A stretch of 22,439 nt of DNA from a virus (lineage: Duplodnaviria; Heunggongvirae; Uroviricota; Caudoviricetes). Position 1 is the first letter of the stretch. Each line of letters begins with the position of its first letter. The position numbers and the translations under genes were made by a program. The stretch lies in IMG/VR virus record IMGVR_UViG_2700989165_000009; one strand, given 5' to 3'. A model generated the notes under the pieces. It worked only from the letters and a program-made list of their open reading frames with translations, had not been told where the DNA came from and did not search any database. Shown here piece by piece: positions 1 to 6,805 of this stretch.

Positions 1-276
1 TTACCGACTGCGGCCTGAGTTTTTTAAGTGACGTAAAATCGTGTTGAGGCCAACGCCCATAATGCGGGCAGTTGCCCGGCATCCAACGCCATTCATGGCC
101 ATATCAATGATTTTCTGGTGCGTACCGGGTTGAGAAGCGGTGTAAGTGAACTGCAGTTGCCATGTTTTACGGCAGTGAGAGCAGAGATAGCGCTGATGTC
201 CGGCGGTGCTTTTGCCGTTACGCACCACCCCGTCAGTAGCTGAACAGGAGGGACAGCTGATAGAAACAGAAGCCAC
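1..276 (-). CDS. insA: IS1 protein InsA (regulator and N-terminal part of the InsAB' transposase)
   Basis: The 91-aa translation [24 protein letters not shown]...LKNSGRSR matches IS1 InsA from memory. ATG at 276, stop TAA at 1-3. Confidence 0.92.
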
Positions 277-331
277 TGGAGCACCTCAAAAACACCATCA
301 TACACTAAATCAGTAAGTTGGCAGCATCACC
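1..331 (-). mobile_element. IS1 insertion sequence, partial: left end with terminal inverted repeat; the element continues beyond the window start
   Basis: Reverse complement of 309-331 reads GGTGATGCTGCCAACTTACTGAT, the IS1 terminal inverted repeat as I recall it. insA lies immediately inside. The IS1 A6C frameshift motif (TTAAAAAACTC on the minus strand) is at about 17-27. Confidence 0.9.
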
Positions 332-393
332 GAAATGGACTATGACATAAAGATCTGATATTTTCCTCACAAAAACTTAGGGATTTTATTTTA

Positions 394-1395
394 ATGCATA
401 AGAGCAACTGCTTTGATACGGCAAGGCTTGTGGCAGCTATGATGGTTCTAATCAGTCACCACTACGCGCTCTCTGGACAACTCGAGCCGTATATATTCGG
501 CTTTGAAAGTGCTGGCGGCATTGCTGTTATCATATTCTTTTCCATATCAGGATACCTGATTTCAAAATCAGCAATCAGAAGTGATTCCTTTATTGATTTC
601 ATGGCTAAAAGAGCAAGAAGAATATTCCCTGCTCTTGTCCCTTGCTCTGTACTGACGTATTTTTTATTTGGGTGGATGCTTAACAACTTCAGTACAGAAT
701 ATTTTAGTCATGACATTATCCGGAAGACCATAAGCTCTATTTTAATGAGTCAGGCTCCAGATGCCGACATTACATCACATTTAATTCATCCCGGTATTAA
801 CGGCAGCTTGTGGACACTACCACTGGAGTTTATGTGTTACATAATAACTGGAGTGGCTGTTGCTCTACTAAAGAGCGGAAAAACGTTCATAGTTATACTA
901 TTGATTTTTGTTTCACTTTCATTAGTTGAAAGTGTATCTGAGAACAAGGATGTAATATTCTCCATTCCAGTATGGCTGTATCCTTTGCGGGGGATGGCTT
1001 TCTTTTTTGGTGCCACTATGGCGATGTATGAGAAATCTTGGAATGTAAGTAATGTGAAAATTTCCGTGATTTCTTTGCTTGCTATGTACGCATACGCGAG
1101 CTATGGCAAAGGCATTGACTATACAATGGCTTGCTATATTCTGGTTTCTTTCTCAACAATAGCTATATGCACATCCTTTGGAGATCCACTGGTTAAGGGT
1201 AGGTTTGATTACTCTTATGGTGTATACATTTATGCATTCCCCGTTCAGCAGGTTATTATAAATACATTGCATATTGGCTTTTACCCTTCGATGTTGTTAA
1301 GTGCCATTGTCGTTCTTTTCTTGGCTCATCTTTCTTGGAATCTAATTGAAAAAAGATTCCTTACACGAAGCTCGCCAAAATTATCCCTGAATTGA
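394..1395 (+). CDS. Acyltransferase family 3 integral membrane protein; putative O-antigen O-acetyltransferase (Oac-like lysogenic conversion gene)
   Basis: ATG at 394. The 333-aa product is very hydrophobic and multi-spanning, with an N-terminal R...A...V...H signature (FDTARLVAAMMVLISHH) typical of acyltransferase-3/OafA proteins. The gene is markedly AT-rich compared with the phage genes and sits next to the tail fiber module, where serotype-converting phages carry oac/gtr genes. Confidence 0.75.
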   Translation: MHKSNCFDTARLVAAMMVLISHHYALSGQLEPYIFGFESAGGIAVIIFFSISGYLISKSAIRSDSFIDFMAKRARRIFPALVPCSVLTYFLFGWMLNNFSTEYFSHDIIRKTISSILMSQAPDADITSHLIHPGINGSLWTLPLEFMCYIITGVAVALLKSGKTFIVILLIFVSLSLVESVSENKDVIFSIPVWLYPLRGMAFFFGATMAMYEKSWNVSNVKISVISLLAMYAYASYGKGIDYTMACYILVSFSTIAICTSFGDPLVKGRFDYSYGVYIYAFPVQQVIINTLHIGFYPSMLLSAIVVLFLAHLSWNLIEKRFLTRSSPKLSLN

Positions 1396-1402
1396 ATAAT
1401 AA

Positions 1403-1420
1403 AGGGGCCATCGAGCCCCT
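1403..1420. terminator. Stem-loop downstream of the acyltransferase gene (weak terminator candidate)
   Basis: AGGGGC-catcga-GCCCCT: 6-bp GC-rich stem with a 6-nt loop, 8 nt after the stop codon. No clear U-tract follows. Confidence 0.3.
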
Positions 1421-1474
1421 GAATAAATCAAAGCCAGATATAACACTGCCTGGCAGTGGACACCGTTCTGATGC

Positions 1475-1493
1475 CTCGTCCTGCAAGGACGAG
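1475..1493. terminator. Stem-loop in the convergent intergenic region (terminator candidate)
   Basis: CTCGTCC-tgcaa-GGACGAG: 7-bp stem, between the convergent acyltransferase and tail fiber assembly genes. Confidence 0.3.
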
Positions 1494-1685
1494 CGAAGGT
1501 GGAGTTCTTTTCCACGCAGCTATTTAGTACAGTACTGAGTCATATTGTTTATGTATGAGTTAACTTCCGTAATATCAATTAAATAAAATAAGTTGAGGCC
1601 ATTGTAGAAGTGAGCATTATATCCAGGTTATCTGGACCTGTTGAAAAATGCGTATTATTCCAACAATTACCCTAGATTAACAAGT

Positions 1686-2087
1686 CTATTTATTTGGATG
1701 CATAGGCCACTCGGGTTTTACTACATTAACACGCATAAGCAGTACGCGATATTTTTTCCATGCCAGTAACAGTTTCGTTTCATCATCTGTTGCCATACCT
1801 AAATCAACCGCATCCTGAAGCGGCGCTATTACATTCGTTGCCTCTGCTATCAGTGCAGATTTCTTTTCATCATTTATTAAGGCTAATTGTTCTGGTGTTG
1901 GAGAAGGACGGTCAACAATGACAGGGTGACCGTTCTCACCACAGGTAATCATTTTTGTTACACTCTGTGAGTTAATCAGTGTTTTCCACTCTGATTCCGA
2001 GATTTCCACTGCATCATCAGGAATATTGGTGCCGTGAAATTCAGTCGAATAAAATCCGTTTGTCGATGCAGAATAAAAATATGACAT
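1686..2087 (-). CDS. Tail fiber assembly protein (Tfa chaperone)
   Basis: C-terminal ...DDETKLLLAWKKYRVLLMRVNVVKPEWP is the classic Tfa/Mu U-type signature. I place the start at the ATG at 2087 (MSYFYSASTNGFY...), 4 nt after the tail fiber stop, rather than the longer ORF start at 2183, which lies inside the tail fiber gene. Confidence 0.8.
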   Translation of the reverse strand: MSYFYSASTNGFYSTEFHGTNIPDDAVEISESEWKTLINSQSVTKMITCGENGHPVIVDRPSPTPEQLALINDEKKSALIAEATNVIAPLQDAVDLGMATDDETKLLLAWKKYRVLLMRVNVVKPEWPMHPNK

Positions 2088-2091
2088 TTCG

Positions 2092-2883
2092 TTAATATCC
2101 CATTGCAATGTAATACGCATCAGCAGATGAACCATATCCTGAACCGGGCGACACTGTAATATCAAATCCAGTGTTATGGACATTTGTCGCCGATACAGTC
2201 GGCTGCCCTGACGCGCCAGTAACGTTCAATGTAACTGTGACAGCAAGGACTCTTGAGAATGTCATCGGGAACCTCATCCCGTATGTTGAAGATACATTAG
2301 GGGAGCCATTCAACTGACCGCACTGTAAAATTAATCCAGACGGAAATTTTTGCGCAGCAGCCGTTGCGGTATTACTTGACGCGAACAGGCTCATATCAGG
2401 TATCTGATTCGCCCCTGTACCTACATTCCTTTTAGCCGCTTCTCCCAAACCAAGGTATGTGAGAATGTCAGCAATAGTATTTTTCCCAATAATGTCACGG
2501 CCAACAGAAGTTAAATCAGTCTGCGCTGCTGTATCATTTCCAGTGAAATATGGGAGTTTATTTGCACCTGTTGCGAGCCCAGCTAATGCCGACAGCGTGG
2601 CATCAAGCGCCTGGAAATCTTTCCCGAAAGCGGTCCCCATTTTGGATATAAACCCGTTCAGGTCTCCATCATCAAGCACATCCAGCCTGCTTTTGTTGGC
2701 GGTGTACTGCGCCAACGCTGCCGCGATAAAGCTGGCTTGACGAATAGCTTTGTTGACCTGTGCGCTGGATGCTTTACCTGCCGTAAACCCTGAAAGCAGA
2801 GCCGGAAGTGCTTCCCAGTCAGCTTGTGAGGTGACGTTAGCGTTCGGATCAAGCGCGAAAGGTTTAAAGTTGTTTATTGCCAT
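2092..2883 (-). CDS. Tail fiber protein (short; receptor-binding C-terminal region)
   Basis: Position immediately upstream of Tfa. Ala/Thr/Gly/Ser-rich fibrous composition. Start chosen at the ATG at 2883 (MAINNFKPFALDPNANVTSQADW...), which overlaps the upstream stop as TAATG; an alternative ATG at 2901 has a poorer ribosome-binding-site spacing. Confidence 0.7.
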   Translation of the reverse strand: MAINNFKPFALDPNANVTSQADWEALPALLSGFTAGKASSAQVNKAIRQASFIAAALAQYTANKSRLDVLDDGDLNGFISKMGTAFGKDFQALDATLSALAGLATGANKLPYFTGNDTAAQTDLTSVGRDIIGKNTIADILTYLGLGEAAKRNVGTGANQIPDMSLFASSNTATAAAQKFPSGLILQCGQLNGSPNVSSTYGMRFPMTFSRVLAVTVTLNVTGASGQPTVSATNVHNTGFDITVSPGSGYGSSADAYYIAMGY

Positions 2884-3563
2884 TAGAGTATTGTCCCCCA
2901 TGCTCCAACATCGAACCCGCCGATGTATTCGTTATCCATATCAAACCCAAAGAATTTAGAGCCCTCGGATGGTGCTTCTACCGAAGGCGTTTCAACATCA
3001 CCGGCCCATACGCCAGCTGCTTTAACGGTGAGATAGCCCTGTTTGATAGCGGCAATCAGTTCAAGAGACACATCAGAAATATCAGTCTCGGGGAATACCC
3101 AAACCGATATCGTCATGTCCTGGTTGTCGACAATTTGCATCCTCAGGCCTGAGCCTTCAGTCGCAGCGTCAAGGATGGGAGGCAGAGAGTCGTTCCGACC
3201 GTCCCAGTTGTTGATAGCGATTTTCGCTTTCAGAATGATGCGGTACGTCTCATCGCTTAGCGTCGTATAGCCAGAATCAGGATCATATGGCCCTTTCCAG
3301 ATGCCCTGGTCATACCCAAGCCCGTCAGTGTCCCAGCTGAAATAAACTCCGCTAATTGGCTGGCTGACTATGCGACTGCGTCCGATCCACAGACCGAGGA
3401 TGTCGAGCTGTACACCGACAGCAGTATCAATATCGAAGGCTGTTATAAGCCCTGACATAGTGCTGGACACATCAATCAGCGGGCGGGTGCTCAGATCTAT
3501 ATGGTCAAAAAAGAGTGGCTTGGTAGCGTGGTAGTTAGTGATCAGTTCGGTGTATTTGCTCAT
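2883..3563 (-). CDS. Baseplate wedge / tail-fiber-attachment protein (Mu gp48 or P2 gpI-like position)
   Basis: 226-aa ORF between the baseplate J-like gene and the tail fiber gene, start overlapping the upstream stop. Family assignment is by position and from memory only. Confidence 0.5.
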   Translation of the reverse strand: MSKYTELITNYHATKPLFFDHIDLSTRPLIDVSSTMSGLITAFDIDTAVGVQLDILGLWIGRSRIVSQPISGVYFSWDTDGLGYDQGIWKGPYDPDSGYTTLSDETYRIILKAKIAINNWDGRNDSLPPILDAATEGSGLRMQIVDNQDMTISVWVFPETDISDVSLELIAAIKQGYLTVKAAGVWAGDVETPSVEAPSEGSKFFGFDMDNEYIGGFDVGAWGTIL

Positions 3564-4818
3564 GAGGTCACCGTGATACTGATATTCGCGGTGCTACAGG
3601 ACGCAGAAGCATCATAGGCAATATCAATGTTTGATGCCGATACGCTGCCAGACGACTTACCGATCAGCAGGTCGGTAATATCGTAATAGCGGGCATTCCC
3701 GCCGCTCACAACGCCGAGGTTTGCCGGGGAATAAATACGGCTCAGCAGAACGTCGTCGCCAATTGTTAGGCCATTTATATAATCGGCAACAGCCTGTTTA
3801 ATCTGCTCGCCGATTTGAGAGGTATAGCCGGTAAAAACTTTCAGGGTAATGGCTACGAAAATTGGCACATCGGTAGAGCGCGAAAAACTGATGACGTGTG
3901 GATTACCGTAAGTATCCGGCACCGTGACAGAAGTTTTACCGTAAGTTGCGGTTCCCTGCCCTTTACTCCCCCGGATTGTTTGGGCTATCTCGGTAACATC
4001 CCCTCCATCGACGATGGCGGAAATAGAGTGTGGCGGCAGCCCGTTGCTGTCGGTTGCCCCAGTGTCGTTCTCATATAGTTTGTGACGTGTCACGCCAGCA
4101 ACATTAGCGATAGCACCGTCGACACCTTCAAACGGTGTGATCGATGGTAGCGCGACGCTTTGCCCCTGCCGAATGCGCAGCTCTGCGTCGGTTTCGGCTG
4201 GTGAACCGACAGTAGCCGCAACTGNNNNNNNNNNNNNNNNNNNNNNNNNNNNNNNNNNNNNNNNNNNNNNNNNNNNNNNNNNNNNNNNNNNNNNNNNNNN
4301 NNNNNNNNNNNNNNNNTGTTGATAGTGGTAATAGTCCCGGCCAGCGCCGCAACCGAACCGCTATTCGCACATGTGGCCGTCACCAGCACAGTACCATCAA
4401 CGCCGATCGCTACACTTGCGGGAAAATTCCAGATAATGCCGTTTTTATCCCGTGCGGAGCCATTCGTGATAGTCGTGCCTGCCGTACCGGTTAACAGAAG
4501 GTCAGCAGTAGAGTTTGTCGCTACTTTTCGCGTGATCCCGTTAATTTTCACATTGCTGCTAAGCGCTGCGGCCTGCGCTGTCGTCGGTGAAAAAGAGTTG
4601 TAGATCCCGATAGCGGTGTTGTTAGCGTCATGCACGGCAAGAGCCACCAGCGCGACCATCTGCCCGTCTTTGCTGTCTGGTTCGAGGTAGGCATCACTAC
4701 CGTAAATCTGCCTGAAATAGCTGGTCAGTGTATCTAGGATTGTCTGGTAATCAGGCGCACTAATCCCCTGGGCGGTTACCGTTGCCGATAGCCCCAGCGT
4801 GTCGAGGTTCAAAGCCAT
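3560..4818 (-). CDS. Baseplate J-like protein (Mu gp47-like), interrupted by an assembly gap
   Basis: N-terminal part MALNLDTLGLSATVTAQGISAPDYQTILDTLTSYFRQIYG... runs from 4818 into the N-run. Below the gap an open frame (...SPAETDAELRIRQGQ..., resembling the baseplate J EsDeALR.R motif) continues to the stop at 3560. The two parts are out of frame only because of the arbitrary 92-N spacer, so the 3560..4093 ORF is the C-terminal part, not a separate gene. Confidence 0.7.
4225..4316. other. Assembly gap (92 N)
   Basis: Run of n characters in the sequence. Confidence 1.
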
Positions 4819-5172
4819 TTATGCCTCGCTTGTTACAGTCGTCTGGCCGTAGATTGTGTCAATGGAGGAAGTGAAGGTGACGCGACGGCTGGTGCCGTCA
4901 TAATTGGTATCGAAGGAAAGAATCGACAGAACGCCCGGTGTATCCTGTATGCGTTCGCGTATAGCCAGGATGTAGACATCTGATCGCTGCTTCCCAAGCA
5001 CTGACTGAACATACGGCGTGCCTTCCGTCAGATCGAGAAACCACTGACCGCGCCACAGCTCGAAACGGGTTTTTACGGCCTGGGCGACACATTCCGGACT
5101 GTCGATAAGGAAAGTATCGTCACCCTGGCCGAAAGTGTAATCGCCTTCAGTATCTTCGCGACGGTATCGCAT
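4819..5172 (-). CDS. Small baseplate protein (gpW/Mu gp46-like position)
   Basis: 117-aa ORF coupled to the upstream gene by an ATGA overlap at 5172 and followed directly by the J-like gene. Assignment is by synteny. Confidence 0.5.
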   Translation of the reverse strand: MRYRREDTEGDYTFGQGDDTFLIDSPECVAQAVKTRFELWRGQWFLDLTEGTPYVQSVLGKQRSDVYILAIRERIQDTPGVLSILSFDTNYDGTSRRVTFTSSIDTIYGQTTVTSEA

Positions 5173-5912
5173 TATTGCGGCCCTCCGGTAGTTCCCCCGC
5201 CAGTCTGTACTCCGCCATGTTTATGCGTGGCGACACTGATACCAGAAGCTGTTACGTCATTCGTTACCGTCACCGGCCCAAGCATCGTCGCAGTACCGCC
5301 GCTTTCGCCCATTCCCTGAGACAAGTTGCCATTAATCGTTACGTTGCCGTTCAGCGTGATAGTCGGGGATGTGATTGTCGTTCCACCTTCAGCCGTAGCT
5401 GTAAGCTGGCCCGGTGTTTTAATGGTGATGTTATGTCCTGCGGCGACTTCTACAAACGCCGCACCATCATCGGTTCGCAGCTGCGCGGCGCTGGTACTGA
5501 TACCGCTGATTTTCCGTGCTTGCGACTGCGGGCCAACGATGGCGAACGCATCAGATAAGTCATGCTGGCGCGGGTCGACGGTCTCCTGAACGCCGCCGCT
5601 CTGCCACCAAAAATCGATGCAACGGTCAGCAAAAATCAGGAGGCACTCGTCGCCTTCTTTTACCGGAAAGGTCAGCGTGCAACCGCCGCCGCGCGGGAAG
5701 ATGACCGGCACATCCACCAGCGGTTTTAATTCGGTGGATCCATCGCCAACAATACCGCGTAGCGCCACCTCTACTGTGCAGGTAACAGTCTCAGGATCGA
5801 ACGACTGAATGATGCCGGGCATCGCTACGCGCATCTGGGTAGACACCGAATCGGCAATGGCCTGCGCGGTCTGCTGCTCACCGCCGATCTGTGATTGAGT
5901 TGGAATTGGCAT
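5172..5912 (-). CDS. Baseplate central spike protein (gpV/Mu gp45-like)
   Basis: 246 aa with a Gly/Thr-rich beta-helix-like C-terminal half ending ...VATHKHGGVQTGGGTTGGPQ, an HxH apex-like motif. GGGGG ribosome binding site 4 nt upstream of the ATG at 5912. Confidence 0.6.
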   Translation of the reverse strand: MPIPTQSQIGGEQQTAQAIADSVSTQMRVAMPGIIQSFDPETVTCTVEVALRGIVGDGSTELKPLVDVPVIFPRGGGCTLTFPVKEGDECLLIFADRCIDFWWQSGGVQETVDPRQHDLSDAFAIVGPQSQARKISGISTSAAQLRTDDGAAFVEVAAGHNITIKTPGQLTATAEGGTTITSPTITLNGNVTINGNLSQGMGESGGTATMLGPVTVTNDVTASGISVATHKHGGVQTGGGTTGGPQ

Positions 5913-5923
5913 AAAACCCCCAT

Positions 5924-5947
5924 AAAAAAACCAGCCGAAGCTGGTTT
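5924..5947 (-). terminator. Intrinsic terminator-like hairpin, possibly bidirectional, at the left border of the moron island
   Basis: On the minus strand AAACCAGC-ttcg-GCTGGTTT is followed by TTTT and then ATGGGGG, giving a 7-nt U-run; on the plus strand an A-tract precedes the same hairpin. Confidence 0.5.
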
Positions 5948-6134
5948 GGTATCAATTATCTCTTAGTAACTAAGCTACATCAGTGTGAAGTAAGGCTTTT
6001 CCGCTGCAATGGCACACATTCACAAGGTGTATTAGGATATGTTTGCAACAAGTAAGCATTGAAAATCAATTTCAGCCATGAAGCCGCCATAGAGTGGACC
6101 TGCACCATCGCATTATTGACTACAGGAGTAACAA

Positions 6135-6425
6135 ATGGGATTTAGATTTCGTAAAAGAATCCGGATTGCGCCCGGACTCGCGATCAACATTAGTAAAAGC
6201 GGAGTAAGCACTTCAATTGGTGGTAAAGGTTCCACCATTAACATCGGGAAAAAAGGCGTAAAGATGACAAATGGCCTTCCCGGCACGGGGCTGTCGCATA
6301 CCACTAACCTTTACTCTCCCGGGAAATCGACAGAAAAAAAACAACTTACTCATAAGCAAAAAATAATTAGAAACATCCTGTTCGTAATTATTGTGTTTAT
6401 AATAATTAAAGCTCAATATTTTTGA
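6135..6425 (+). CDS. DUF4236-like small membrane protein (moron gene)
   Basis: ATG at 6135 with a strong AGGAG ribosome binding site 5-6 nt upstream. N-terminus MGFRFRKRIRIAPGLAINISKSG...GLPGTGLS matches the DUF4236 signature as I recall it. C-terminal hydrophobic helix IIRNILFVIIVFIIIKAQYF. It is the only non-acyltransferase gene on the plus strand, and its 3' half is AT-rich. Confidence 0.65.
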   Translation: MGFRFRKRIRIAPGLAINISKSGVSTSIGGKGSTINIGKKGVKMTNGLPGTGLSHTTNLYSPGKSTEKKQLTHKQKIIRNILFVIIVFIIIKAQYF

Positions 6426-6430
6426 CGCAT

Positions 6431-6461
6431 GCCCGCCTATCTGGCGGGCTATTTTACTTTT
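6431..6461 (+). terminator. Rho-independent terminator after the DUF4236 gene
   Basis: GCCCGCC-tatct-GGCGGGC perfect 7-bp GC stem followed by TATTTTACTTTT, starting 5 nt after the TGA stop. It overlaps the last codons of the convergent minus-strand gene. Confidence 0.6.
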
Positions 6462-6793
6462 CGGCAGTCGTATGTTGCATACTGACGCGGCGAATCCATG
6501 CTGGCTTGCAGCCACTGTGCGTTGAGAATGGCTTTGCCGTTTCGATTGATGTACTCAAGACCAACCCATCTTCCAGGCTGATCGGTAGCCATACGCCAAT
6601 CCATCTTGATATTGTTATAATCGCCTTTGTTTTTCAGGAAGGTGATTTTTTGCATTTCTGGCTTTGCGCCATTGATTCTGGCTAAGCCATCATCTGCCCA
6701 ATGGATTTTAAAATCACCACATTGCTGATCCGCAAAAGCGGGTGCTGATATAAGCACCGCGAACACGGTAACAGTGCAAAGTAAATGTCTCAC
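6449..6793 (-). CDS. Small secreted (periplasmic) protein of unknown function (moron gene)
   Basis: GTG start at 6793 preceded by a GAGGTGG ribosome binding site. Predicted Sec signal peptide MRHLLCTVTVFAVLISAPAFA with an AxA cleavage site before DQQ. The roughly 93-aa mature protein has Cys near both ends. It begins 12 nt after the baseplate hub gene stop. Confidence 0.6.
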   Translation of the reverse strand: MRHLLCTVTVFAVLISAPAFADQQCGDFKIHWADDGLARINGAKPEMQKITFLKNKGDYNNIKMDWRMATDQPGRWVGLEYINRNGKAILNAQWLQASMDSPRQYATYDCRKVK

Positions 6794-6805
6794 GGCCCCA
6801 CCTCA

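Noticed and set aside
1686-2183. Longer 165-aa version of the tail fiber assembly ORF starting at 2183
   Set aside because: The first 32 codons overlap the tail fiber gene and do not look like a Tfa N-terminus. The ATG at 2087 follows the fiber stop and gives the typical MSYFYS... start.
3560-4093. 177-aa ORF that looks like an independent gene starting with GTG at 4093
   Set aside because: Its frame stays open upstream into the N-run with J-like motif sequence, so it is the C-terminal part of the baseplate J-like gene split by the assembly gap.
4090-4370. ORFs whose translations contain runs of X
   Set aside because: They span the N gap; the X-containing and post-gap portions are artefacts.
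6213-6515. 100-aa minus-strand ORF spanning the DUF4236 gene and the terminator
   Set aside because: It overlaps the better-supported plus-strand DUF4236 gene and runs through the terminator hairpin, with no ribosome binding site.
6449-6793. Possible YebF-family relationship of the secreted moron protein (shared WADD motif and terminal Cys pair)
   Set aside because: Motif spacing and lengths between the Cys residues and WADD do not match my recollection of YebF. Too weak to assert without a profile search.
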